64,000 bases of DNA from Mobula hypostoma. Taxonomy: Eukaryota. The stretch is taken from contig NC_086102.1 of the NCBI RefSeq assembly GCF_963921235.1, positions 163,556,001-163,620,000 of the forward strand, given 5' to 3'. The first letter of the stretch is position 1; the number at the start of each line of letters is the position of its first letter. The position numbers and the translations under genes were made by a program. Under the pieces are notes generated by a model. It saw nothing but the letters and a program-made list of their open reading frames with translations. It was not told where the DNA came from and did not search any database. Of the stretch, positions 34,483-46,410 are shown one piece after another.

Positions 34483-35240
34483 CAACGGTCCCCAACCACT
34501 GGGCCACAGAGCATGTGATACTGGGCCGTGAGGAAATGATACAAGTCAGCTGCACCTTTCCTCATGCCCTGTCACGTACTGTTGAACTTGAACATAGGGT
34601 TACCAACTGTCCTGTATTAGCCGAGACATCCTGTATATTGGGCTAAATTGGTTTGTCCCATACGGGACTGCCGTTGTCCTGTATTTCCCCCGCTAAGGTA
34701 GAGTGTTCCTATGAAACCTTTCGTGCTGAAATGGCGTGAAGCGAAGAAGCAATTACCATTAATTTATATGGGAAAAATTTTTGAGCGTTCCCAGACCCAA
34801 AAAATAACCTACCAAATCATACCAAATAACACATAAAATGGAAAGTAAATAACACTAACTTATAGTAAAAGCAGGAATGATATGATAAATAGACAGCATA
34901 TATAAAGTAGAAATAATGTATGTATAGCATAGTCAGGAAGATGAAGGCAAAACCGATTTGTGGGGAAAAAATCGGCAGGTACGCGCATGCACACACAGGT
35001 GCCCGCGCAAGGCTTCATGGTCATCATAGTCTTTCCTGGGGTAAAGTGCCCCGGGATTTGACTGCTACTTTTGTCCCTTATTTGGGAGTGAGAGAGTTGG
35101 CAACCCTAACTGTAAAAGACATGTAGAGGTGAGTTCAACCCTACTTGAACACCGTGTCCCCCCACCCCCGGTCAGTCAGTCGGCAAGAATATTGTCAATG
35201 TTAAACCGGTCTGCAGTGCAAGAAAGGTTGGGGAACCCTG
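34483..35240. mobile_element. Non-autonomous hAT (Charlie-like) element
   Basis: TIRs CAACGGTCCCCAACC and GGTTGGGGAACCCTG; 8-bp TSD CTCTAGTA (34475-34482) / CTTTAGTA (35241-35248). Confidence 0.8.
34595..35143. mobile_element. Nested non-autonomous hAT element with TAGGGTT termini
   Basis: TIRs TAGGGTTACCAACT (34595) and AGTTGGCAACCCTA (35095-35108); perfect 8-bp TSD CTTGAACA at 34587-34594 and 35144-35151. Confidence 0.8.
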
Positions 35241-35629
35241 CTTTAGTATATCTAAAAGAAGTGTTTTTGCTTTAGAGATTTCAAGCTTTGAGTTAAATAA
35301 TTTGCTGCTATCATAGAAATATTGTCAGTTACAAACTAATGCAACACAATCATTTGGTATGTGCTGTCTCTTGCAGAGGGCTTTTCATTTTTTTCACTTT
35401 CGTGACATTGTCATATATACTATATTTGCTCGCCCCTCCCATTTTCAGCCTTCTTTCTATGATTCTTCCATCACTCATCTGTCTTTACCGGCATTCACCC
35501 TTTGCTATTGCACAGGAAGGTATTGCAGGGGACGAAACAACTGCCCTTTTCCTTTTTTTGTTCTTGCTATGAAGGGCTCCAACACTGCTTGTTGGGGAAT
35601 GAGCAATTTGCATGCACTTCCAGTTTAGC

Positions 35630-35780
35630 ATATTATATTTGTTGCTTGCAGTGTGGTCTCCTCTCCATTGGAGAAACCGGGTGTAGATTGGTTGACTGAT
35701 CTGCTGAACGTCTCCACTGTCTATTCACAAAGACGACCCTGTACTTCTCTCCTAAATAATCTTACCCTTTCTAAATTCTG
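35630..35780 (+). mobile_element. Ancient Penelope GIY-YIG fragment
   Basis: YYICCLQCGLLSIGETGCRLVD at the end of ORF 35502-35699. Confidence 0.6.
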
Positions 35781-36574
35781 GGTTCATACTTGACTTCAGC
35801 ATGTCTGGCTGAAATTGACTGACACATTGAAATTAAATATTTTTACTTTTTCTCTTTCTGTATCTCTATTTATATTGGTGTCATTATTGTTAGGCATACA
35901 TTTCTAGTGTTTAAGTTTAATTGCCCAAAAAATTTAACAATATGTTTTTCCAGTTTTGGTGATTGATATTTTCCCTGGTCTTTGCAACACTGGCCATTTT
36001 GAAAGTCTCATTCACATCCTTTCTTACTGTTGATTGATTCCCATTCTCCCTCTCCAGTCTGCCTTGTTCTTCACTTTGTAAACTTGGTTTAGACAAGGCC
36101 CTGCTGATGTTACCCTAACTTGCACTTTCTGTTGTTCACCCATTCACTTTATCTATTACGTGAAGTAATGTCTTTACTTAAAATCCTCAACACTTCCGAA
36201 TTCTTTCGTGGCCTTATGCCAAAAGCACTGTGCTTGTACATTTTGCCACGACTAACTCTATCTTTGTAAGTTGCTTTGTTGCCATGCAGAAGCTTGTTAA
36301 GTAATTGTGGGTTTGAGTTGCTTATTGACACAGAATTGGCCAGCATTGTAGAAGTTAAGCACATTCAGGTTAGCAGACTAGATCAAGTGTTGTTTTGAGT
36401 TCTAGAATATGTCTTTTGACATTGCATGGGATTTAGGTGAGATGGCAGCCACGTCGTCCTCACTTTATGCTATTTTGCAGTTGGTACTTAAGGAAGGATA
36501 TATTTTCTGTGGATGCCATGGGAATGTACATTTTAACTTGGTTATTTCTTGTAAGGATTTTGCAGTGTAAGTAA

Positions 36575-36870
36575 AGATAAAAATTATTTTATTTGTCACA
36601 TATACATTGAAGCGTAGAGTGATAAGCCTCATTTTGTGTCAGCAACCAACATAGTTCATGGATTTGTGCAAGTGTCACTATGCTTCTGGCGCATGCCCAC
36701 AGCTCACTCACCCTAACCATGTGTCTTTGGGTTGTGAGAGGAAACTGGAGCGGCTGGAGGAATCCCACATGATCAAGTGGAGAACAGATACGCTCCTCGC
36801 AGACAGCAGCAGGAATCAAACACCGGTCAGTAATAGTTGGTGCTGGAAAGCAGTTGAGCGAACCACAATG
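36575..36870 (-). mobile_element. V-SINE (tRNA-derived)
   Basis: Reverse-complement V-domain GTCTTTGGGTTGTGAGAGGAAACTGGAGCGGCTGGAGGAATCCCAC, and a B-box-like GGAATCAAACA. Confidence 0.65.
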
Positions 36871-37603
36871 CTGAAGCAGATTGAGTCTAAACTCATCAGA
36901 CTTGGACATTGTTTTGTTCGGATATAAACTATTTGGAAGGGAGTGAAGGGTAGATGTTGAAGGACTACTTTTTTCTAGCTGAAATTCAAAAGTTAAGGAG
37001 TGGGGGAAGCAATGGAGGATTTGACGGAACAAGTGGGTCACAGATTCAATATATAGCATCAGTCATTCTTCATGCTTGGTTATAAATCTTCTTTTGAATT
37101 TCTGTGTCCAAGAGGGCTGTGGATGTTTTTATCGAGTAAATTCAAAGCTGAGATGGCAAGAAATCAAGTGATTGTACAGGAAATAGATAACATAGAGGAC
37201 CAGGTATGATATTGAATAGAGGGGCTTGTTCAAGGGACTGCTTCTGTTACTTCTGTCACTTCTGTCTGTCTTTAGAGCTTTCTCTAATACCTCTCTCTGA
37301 ATCAAATTTTGTATGATAAAGTTCTGCTGCTGCACCATAGGGCATTTTACTATGTTAGGATGGCATATGAATGTGACATGGAAACACAAGTAAAAGGAGG
37401 AGTAGATTATCCAGCCCCTCAGGCCTGTTATGCCATTCAACAAAATCATGATTGATCTTTGACTCAGTTCTACTTTTCCTATCTTTTTTTAAAATCAATG
37501 AATGACTGAATCTCTGGAGCCTGCAGAAGTAGAAAATTTAAAGGTTCACTATTTTAAGTGAATTGTTGTCTCCCCTTTGTGGATTTGAATGGTCTGTCCG
37601 TAG

Positions 37604-38516
37604 TGGTCGGCCCTCCTTATCCACGAGTTCTGCATGCGTGAATTCAACCAACCACGAATCGAGAAAACCCGGAAGTGCTCTTCCAGCNNNNNNNNNNNNN
37701 NNNNNNNNNNNNNNNNNNNNNNNNNNNNNNNNNNNNNNNNNNNNNNNNNNNNNNNNNNNNNNNNNNNNNNNNNNNNNNNNNNNNNNNNNNNNNNNNNNNN
37801 NNNNNNNNNNNNNNNNNNNNNNNNNNNNNNNNNNNNNNNNNNNNNNNNNNNNNNNGAAAAAAACTGGAAGTTCTCTTACCAAGTAAGTGGGAACAGGTAC
37901 ATCTGGTATTATTTAGCGTCAGTTAGTCAAACATTTGTCTTAGTATATAGTATATATTTTACCTTTCTATACATTTAAAACACTTAAGAAACATATGTTT
38001 CAGCGCCAGGCTTGGGAACGGAAATTCCCGAGTTCGATCCAGTGACAGATTGCTCCCGAGCGCGCTCTCCATCCGTGCCAGGTTGATGTGGAGGATCAAA
38101 AACCCAAAACCCAATACTGTAGTTAAACTACTGTGTTGCTTAGTAATAATCGTAGCTTTCATCAGGGCAGGGCCTTTCTCACTTTATCGTTTAAACTTGT
38201 TCTGATCGTTGACCGACTGTTGCTTAATGCTTTTCCAATGACAGATGGCATTTCACCTTTTTCCAATTACTTTATTAGTTCCACTTTATTTTCAATCGTG
38301 ATTATTTTCGTGAATGGAAACGCTGTGGATTCAGAGCTCTGCTGCTGGGTCCTAATGTCTGCTGCATTGAGACAGGTTAAATTAGGTCTGGGGTTCCGCT
38401 GGATCCTAAGGTCCACCGCATTGTGACAGGTTGAATAAGGGACTTGAGCATCCGCGCTTTTTGGTATCTGCGAGGGGTCCCGGAACCAATCCCTCATGGA
38501 TAAGGAGGGCCGACTG
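37604..38516. mobile_element. Tigger/pogo-type (MER2-like) non-autonomous DNA transposon
   Basis: TIRs (TG)GTCGGCCCTCCTTATCC and GGATAAGGAGGGCCGACTG|TA; spans the N gap. Confidence 0.8.
37688..37855. other. Assembly gap
   Basis: N run. Confidence 1.
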
Positions 38517-38944
38517 TACAGCACATAAAATAATAACACAATATTAACATAATTAAATTCTGTAGATGTACAAGTTGACATAAAATGCATATACAAAATA
38601 TAGTTAAATATACAACAGTGTAATGCAACTGGAGCTGTCATAAATGATATGTACTAGGTGGTAGCAGGCTGCATAACAGCCACTTCTGTCAGCCTGGAAG
38701 AAGTGGCTATTACCCAGCCTAACAGTTTCCTCAGCAAGGGGAAATGTACTCCTGTACCCCTGTTGAACTGACCGTGTTGAATTTTGTACGCTTCATGGAG
38801 TCCTTTTTAACGTGAGAGAGTAGAAGCCCAGCCCCTATTTAAAAGGCAACTCTACAATATTGTGGAATTAACCTGGTAAGTCTTACTGCCCTCTCTACTT
38901 TATCAAATATTTGGAAAAACTCTCAAAAAGCCCAACATTGCTGG

Positions 38945-40350
38945 ATCAGAATTGGGTTTAATGTCACTTGCATATGTCGTGAAATTGGTTGTTTTGTTGC
39001 AGCAGTACGTTGCAGTACATAAAACTATAATTTACAATAAGAAAAAGAGAGCAAAAATAAGGGAAAAAAGTGAGATTGTGTACATGGGTTCGTTGCCGTT
39101 CAGAAATCTGATGGCAGAGGGAAGGAAGCTGTTCCTGAAGCATTGAGTATACCTTCGGCTCTTGTACCACCACCTTGATGGTAGCAATGAGAAGGGGGCC
39201 ATATCCTGGATGATAGTCCTTAATGATGGATGCTGGCTTTTTGAGGCTTCGTCTTTTGAAGGTGTCTTCGATGCTAGGGAGGCTAGTGCCCATGATGAAG
39301 CTGGCTGAGTTTACAACTTCCTGCAGCTCTTTCCGATCCTGTGTAGTGGACCCTTCATACCAGATGGTGATGTAACACCTGTAGAAATTTGCGAGTCTTT
39401 GACGTACCAAGTCTCTTCAATTTTCTAATGAAATATGGCTGCTGTCTTGCCTTGTTTGAAATTGTTGGTCCCAGGTTAGACCTTCAGAGATGTTGACACC
39501 CAGGAACTTGAAAGAGCTCACCCTTTTCACTCTTGATCCCTTGGTGTATGTTCTCCCTTGACTTTCCCTTTCTGAAATCCACAATCATTTCCTTGGTCCT
39601 AATGCCTCTGAGTGCAACATTATGACCCCACTGAATCAGATGATCTATCTCACACCGGCATGTCTCCTTGTCACCATCTGAAATTCTGCCAACAATGGTT
39701 GTCATCGGCAAATTTATAGATGACACTTGAGCTCTGCCTAGCCATGCAGTCATGGATGCAGAGAGAGTAGAATGGGGCTAAGCACACATCCTGGAGATGT
39801 GGGTATTGATTGTCAATGAGGAGGAGATGTTGTTTCTGATCTGCACTGACTGTGGTCTCCGAAAAAGGAAGTCTGTTGCAGAAGGAGGTGCAAAGGCTCA
39901 GGCTTTAGAGTTTGTTGATTAGTACTGAGGGTGTGATTGCGGTGAACGCTGAGTTCTAATTAATAAACAGCAGCATGACATAGATATTGCTATTATCCAG
40001 TGACTTAGGCAAAGTGGAGAGCCAGTGGGATTGTATCTGCTGTGTACATATTGTGGTAATAGGCAGATTGCAGCGGGTCCAGGGTCCTTGCAGCAGGCAG
40101 GAGTTTACTTTGGCAACCTCTCAAAGTACCTCATCACAGTAAATGTGAGTGCAGCTGGGCGAAAGTCATTGTGTCAGCTCACCCTGCTCTTCTTCGGCAC
40201 GGATATGATTTTTGTCCTTTCGAAACAGGTGAGAACTTCCGACTCGGGTAATGAGAGATTAAATAATGTCCTTGAACGCTCCCACCTGTTGGTTGGCAGA
40301 GGTTTTCTGTGCTGTACCAAGTACACCATCAGGGCCTGATGCCTTCCTGT
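38945..40350 (-). mobile_element. Decayed Rex1/Babar-type LINE
   Basis: ORFs 38964-39410 (YITIWY...ELQEVVNSASFIMGTSLPSIE...IIKD) and 39484-39753 (TTIVGRISDGD...TKEMIVDFRK). Confidence 0.8.
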
Positions 40351-40629
40351 TGTAAGAAATCCTTAACCTGTACTAAAATCTTGCAATAAAAGCCAATGTA
40401 CTATTTACTTTTCTATCTCATTGCACCTTAAATAGCAACCACTGTTGATGTGTAGAAAAAGGCCCTTTTCACTTCAGCCACGCCCAGCTATTCAATATTT
40501 AAACAGAAATGCTGAGTTTCCCCCAGTGTACAACCCTACAATGTGTCTACCTTGCAGTCAATCGGCCAAGTTGTTGCCTGCTCACTTCACTATTCATTAT
40601 CCCGTTTGAAGCTCTTGATCCATGCTGGT

Positions 40630-42005
40630 TCAAAGTAAATTTATTACTAAAGTATATATATGTTGCCATATACTACCTTGATATTCTTTTTCCAGCAGGC
40701 ATTTACTGGAAAAACAAAGAAATATTATAGAATCTATGAAAAAATACATAATGACTGACAAACAACCAATGTGCAAAAGAAGACAAACTAAAATAAAAAA
40801 TAATGTTAAGAACATAAGTTGTAAAGAGTCCTTGAAAGTGAGTCTGTAGGCTTGAGAATTGGCTCAGAGTAGTGTTGAATAAAGTTATCCATGCCAGTTC
40901 AAGAGCTCAGTGGTTCTACGGTAACAACTATTCCTGAACCATGTGATGTGGGATTTAAGACTTCTGCACCTCCTGCCTGATGGTAGTAGTGAGAAGAGAG
41001 CATGGCTTGGATGGTAGGGGATCTTGATAGTTGCTGCTTTCTTGTGGAGGTGGTCCGTAAAAATATATTCTGTACAAACACAAGAAAATATGCAGTTTAC
41101 ATCAAAGTTGCTGGTGAACGCAGCAGGCCAAGCAGCATCTATAGGAAGAGGTGCAGTCGATGTTTCAGGCCGAGACCCTTCGTCAGGACTGTTGCTGGAT
41201 CTCCAAGTAACACACACAAAATGCTGGAGGAATGCAGCTGGCTGTTGCTCCTGGTGTGGCCTTCTGTATATCAGTAAGATCTGCTGTAGATTGGGAGACT
41301 GCCATCTGACAGAAAAAGCAAGATCTCCCAGTGGCCACCCATTTCAACTCTACTTCCCATTCCCATTCCGACATGTCAGTCCATGGCTGCCTCTACTGAT
41401 GTGATGAGGCCCCACTTGGGTTGGAGGAGCAATAGCTTATATTCTCTCTGGGTAGCCTCCAACCTGATGGCATGAACATTGATTTCTCAGACCTCTTGTT
41501 ATTCCCCCCCATTTCCGTTTTTCCCCCCTCACCTTATCTTCTTGCTCATCACCTCCTTCTCTGCTCCTCTGCCTTCCCTTTCTTCCATGATCTTCTTCCC
41601 TCTCCTATCAGATTCCCCCTTCTCCAGCCCTTAATCTCTTTCACCAATCAACTTTCCAGCTCTTTACTTCATCTCTCCCCCTCTCCTAATTTCACCTATC
41701 ATTTACCACCACTTTCCTTTCCCCACTCCTTCTTGTTCTGATTTCTCATTGTTTGCCCCCGTAGTGCTGATAAAGAGTCTTGACCTGAAATGTTGGCTGT
41801 TAAGTCTTTTCCATAGATGCTGCCCAGTCAGCTGAGTTCCTCCAGCTTTTGGTGTGTGTTGCTTAAATATATTCTGTGATGGACAGGGTGGTATCCATCA
41901 CTTTCTGTAGCCTTTTCTGTTCCTGGGCATTGGTGTTTCCATAATAGGCCATGATATAACGGGTTGGGACACACTCCACTGTGCATCTACAAAAGATTAT
42001 TGATG
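40630..42005 (-). mobile_element. Rex1/Babar 3' fragment interrupted by a Penelope element
   Basis: HPSHALFSLLPSGRRCRSLKS...FRNS in ORF 40885-41217; the element resumes after 41865. Confidence 0.7.
41074..41864 (+). mobile_element. Truncated Penelope-like element with inverted pLTR and a nested younger pLTR fragment
   Basis: 13-bp TSD AAATATATTCTGT at 41061-41073 and 41865-41877. GIY-YIG remnant CSWCGLLYISK...HFNSTSHSHSDMSVHG...LGSLQPDGMNIDFS. Hammerhead motif on the - strand at 41155-41191. Confidence 0.88.
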
Positions 42006-42007
42006 AA

Positions 42008-43260
42008 TTCAATACTTTCTGTGCTCGCTTTGATTGTCAAAACGTGGAGGAAACATCATGAACTCCCACAACCCCGATGACCCTCCAGTCTCTGAAGTGG
42101 GCATGAGATCATCCTTCAGTAGTGAGAACCCACGGAAACCATCCAGACCAGATAGGGTACCTCCCTGAGTACTAAAGATCTGTGTTGATCAACTGCCTGG
42201 AGTGTTCACTGAGATCTTTAACCTGTTGCTTTGGCAGTCTGAGGTACCCACCTGTTTCAGGAGCAATTATTACCCCATAACCTTCAGGCTTTTGAACTAG
42301 AGGGGATAGCTTCACTTGCCCCATCACTGAACTGGTCCCACAGCCAGTGGACTCACTTTCACGTACTCTTCATCTCATGTTCTCGATATTTACTGCTTAT
42401 TTATTTTTTATTATTATTTCTTGAATTGAAATGACTATTTCTTGGACCCTTCACATACATGAGGGGTAAAAATCTTTGTTAGTGTCCGCCTGAATGTGCA
42501 ATTTATAGTAATTTGTATTAAATAGTATGAACAACAGGACAGTCAGTATAGCATAGAAATACAATTGTATCAGTGTGAATTAATCAGTCTGATGGTCTGG
42601 TGGAGGAAGCTGTCCTGAAGCCTGTTGGTCCTGGCTTTAATGCTGCGGTACTGTTTCCCAGATGGTAGCAGCTGGAACAGTTTGTGATTGGGGTGACTTG
42701 GGTCCCCAGTGATCCTTTGGACCCTTTTTACACCCGTCTCTGTAAGCATCCTGAATAGTGGGAGGTTCACATCTACAGATGCGTTAGGCAGTCTGCACCA
42801 CTCTCTGTAGAGCCCTGCGATTGAGGGAAGTACAGTTCCCATACCAGGCAGTGATGCAGCCAGTCAAGATGCTCTCAATTGTGTCCCTGTAGAAAGTCCT
42901 AAGGATTTGGGGACTCATGCCAAACTTCTTTAACCGTCTGAGGTGAAAAAGGCGCTGTTAATGCTTTTTTCACCACATAGCCGGTATGTACAGACCACAT
43001 GAGATCCTCTGTAATGTTTATGCTGAGGAATTTAAAGCTGTTTACCCTCTCAACTCCAGATCCATTGATGTCAATAGGGGTTAGCCTGTTTCCATTCCTA
43101 CTGTTTGCACAGTTTTGCTTTTGCACTCTGGTTGTCTGCCCTGTTGGTGCGGTCTTTCATCAATTCCATTACGGTTATTGGATTTATTGAGTATGCTTGC
43201 AAGAAAATGAATCTCAGTGTTGTATCTGCTGACATGCATGTACTTTGATAATAAATTTCT
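42008..43260. mobile_element. Rex1/Babar fragments (+ strand host with a - strand insert at ~42422-43097)
   Basis: ORFs 42570-42842 (DPSHPNHKLFQLLPSGKQYRSIKARTNRLQDSF) and 42899-43126 (INGSGVERVNSFKFL). Confidence 0.75.
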
Positions 43261-43319
43261 AATGGGTGTACTTTACTCTTCACAGTATGCTCTAACGTTG
43301 TTCACCAGTCTTCTGTGGG

Positions 43320-44848
43320 CAATGTTTTCTCTAATTTTTAGTAGTCGGTGTGCGCAAAAATCTTATGTTGTGCAAATTTTTTTCCTGTGACAGAAGTATG
43401 TGCACACTGAATGCGCACATAGCACAGTTTATGTAGGTTTACAAAATATTCAACATAAAACTGCACAGAATAACAACAAAATAACATACATATTTAAGTC
43501 ACTCAGTTATTTTTTTCTCTCTGCTGTTTTTGGCATTTACCTATTCTTTGTAAACTCTATCTAGACTAATAGAACTTCCATTCAGTTGATAGCTTTTGAT
43601 TCTCATTAACATATCCAAATGACATTCGCCTAAACAGTTTCTCAGGTTGTTTTTGAGTTGATTCATTAGGCTAAAACCTCGCTCACAGTCCGCATTAGAC
43701 GCAAGAAAAGTTCCCCCAATGTCCATCAATTGTGCAAGGTCGCAAAACCGTTCATTTTGAAGTTCAAATGCCACCATTTGAGCAAAGTTTGAAATCAGTT
43801 TAGATTTAATTTTTTTCTTCCATGGAAAATCTGAAATCATTAAACTGTCTATTACAGTATTTTCAGCTAGAAGATCATGAAATTTTAGACATAAGGCATT
43901 AACTTGTTCATCGCCAAATGTGAAGTCACAATCTGTAATTGCGGAGAAATCAAAAGCTGACCATTCTTGTGCCTCATCTTTAGGAAACCTTTTTTTCTAA
44001 ATGAACACAAAGACTATATAAAAGTCAACAGCGAACTTGCAATTTACTTGCCAAATGACGCTTCAAAAAGTCAAGTTTCCAAATATCATCCCACTTTCCA
44101 CTAGCAAATTCTCCAGCAACTTTCGCATAACAATACGAACAGATAACTCCAGTTTCCGAATCATACATAAATATTTCTCATAGCTGAATGTTCGTGGCCT
44201 CATGAGTTTTCAGTGTAGCAGTTTCCACTATTTTGTTAAGCCATTCAACTTTAAACAAATTTGCAGTTCTTTTGCGCTTCACACCATTTGCTTCTTTTGA
44301 ATTCGAGATAGTAAATCAATATTTTTTTCAATAAAAACTTAGTAAGCTATCTACAGGATTTGAAACAGATCTTTGTAAACTTTACAATATGAACACTGTC
44401 CGCCAAACATGGCTGCCGCCGTGATGCAGCTGTGCAAACCGGAACAGGTGAGGTGACGTAAATTAATGACGTGTATTGTGGTATTTGAAAACCAACTAAC
44501 TAGTTAACAGCAACACACATAGAAGTTGCTGGTAAACGCAGCAGGCCAGGCAGCATTTCTAGGAAGAGGTACAGTCGATGTTTCGGGCCAAGCTCCTTCG
44601 TCAGGACTGCCTGGCCTGCTGCGTTCACCAGCAACTTTTATGTGTATTGCTTGAAATTCCAGCATCTGCAGATTTCCTCGTGTTAACTAGTTAACAGAAA
44701 CAGTTAGCTAAAAGATTATTTTCAATAAGTATAATTATTAATTACTGTATTATTTTAGTAACCTTTTGTGTGCACATTAATTTCCTTTGCGTGCTGGTTG
44801 AAAAATGTGTGCGCGCGCGCACACGTGCACAGCTTAGAGAAAACATAG
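43320..44848 (-). mobile_element. Internally deleted hAT transposon with transposase remnant
   Basis: TIRs CAATGTTTTCTCTAA and TTAGAGAAAACATAG; perfect TSD TCTGTGGG at 43312-43319 and 44849-44856. ORF 43541-43840 has the hAT dimerisation motif SNADCERGFSLMN...LRNCL. Confidence 0.92.
44511..44683. mobile_element. Palindromic Penelope-derived insertion inside the hAT element
   Basis: 14-bp TSD TAACTAGTTAACAG at 44497-44510 and 44684-44697. Inverted arms; hammerhead motif on the - strand at ~44573-44608 with GUC changed to AUC. Confidence 0.9.
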
Positions 44849-45434
44849 TCTGTGGGACTTTTTAAAAAAAAATAAAACAACAAATTCTTCAAGTACAAGC
44901 AGCATCACATATATCAATTCCATTTCATTTACTCTATTAGGTGCATAGTCAACAAGCTTAGATGACCCACTGATAGCTGAAATCATGTTTGTGCTGTTAA
45001 ATTTCAGCTGGCTTAGTAGGTCGAGTACCATAATGTGTTTCCGTAAGTGTTTTTATTTCAGATTTTCAGCATCCGCCATGTTTTTCTTGTGTTCTGTTAG
45101 TGGTGACTAGTTTTCAACAAACATTTAAAAAAATAATTTCATATGACAATGTTTTAATAAAGAATGACATAAGTGTTTTTTAAAAAAAGGCATTCTTGAG
45201 AGATCACCTAATGAGCCCATTTGGATAGAACTTAGAAATCAGAAGAGGATGGTTATCTTGGTAAAGCTATATCAGCAAGAGCTGGAGGAGCAGATGTATT
45301 GAGAAATTACATGTATTTGTGTAAATAGTAGGGTAGTACTAGCAGGAGATTTCAATTTTCTCAGTATTGACTGGACCATCCGAAGTGCAAAGGAACTTGA
45401 TGGTATGGAATTGTGTGGTGCATCCAAGAAAGCA

Positions 45435-45848
45435 TGCAGGCAGTGTCAAGAGGTTCAGTTGTTGTTCAGACCAAATATCAGAAATGTGATCCAGGTGACT
45501 TTGACTATGGAATAATTGTTAGTGACATATGGGCTAGTTTGAGTATCTCTGAAACTGCTGATTTCCTGGGATTTTCACACACACTGTCTAGAGTTTACAG
45601 ACAGTGGTGCAAAAAACAAACAATACCCAGTGAGCAGCAATTCTGTGGGCGAAAACTCCTTGTTAACGAGAGAGATCAGAGGAAAATGGCTAACGTGTCA
45701 CAACAGTGGTGTGCAGAAGAGAATCTCTGAATGCACAATATGTCACACCTTGAAGTGGATGGGCTACGATAACAGAAGACCGTGAACATAGTCAATTGCC
45801 ACTTTATTAGGTAACTTATGTAACTAATAGCATGTCCACTGAGTGTGT
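45435..45848 (+). mobile_element. Tc1-like non-autonomous element with transposase N-terminal remnant
   Basis: ORF 45413-45730: DFDYGIIV...LSISETADFLGFSH..SRVYRQWC...FCGRK, a paired-like DNA-binding domain. Terminal TCCACTGAGTG. Confidence 0.75.
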
Positions 45849-46410
45849 AGAGGAACCTACTTGTGTTTAGGCAGCTGGGTACAATTTAATCCCTCAACAA
45901 AGATAAAATTTTAAGACCAGCCTTGAGTGGAAATCAGGAGGGCAAAAAAACCATATGAAATGGATTTGACAGGCAGGGTTAAAGGTTATGTTAACAGTAA
46001 AAGGGTGACTTAGCTTCAGGAGATTTTTGTTTTAAATATCTCTCTCCAACTAAGGAGAATATCATGAGTGCTAAAGAAGTGAGGGTAATGCATTGTGGGG
46101 TCTCTGATATGCATATTGCAAAGGAGGAGGCATTTGCAACCTTGAAGCACATTAACATGGGCAAATACTCAGACAGACCAAGGGCACTCCCAGATCTTAT
46201 AGGAAGTCAGGGAAGAAATCGTGGAAGCCCTTTTAGATGTGTGTGGTTTGCGATTAGGCACTCAGGAAGTTCCAGAAGACTGGAAGGTGGCTAATGTTCT
46301 TCCATTGTTCAAGAAGGGTAGTAAGGACAAACTAGAGAACTATAAACCAATGAGCCTGATTTCTGTTTAGGGAAGTTACTGGCAGGAATTTTGAGAGACA
46401 AGATCTACCA

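Noticed and set aside
43541-43840. Possible domesticated hAT-derived (ZBED-like) gene
   Set aside because: Lies within TIRs and a TSD, is internally deleted and frame-disrupted: a transposon relic.
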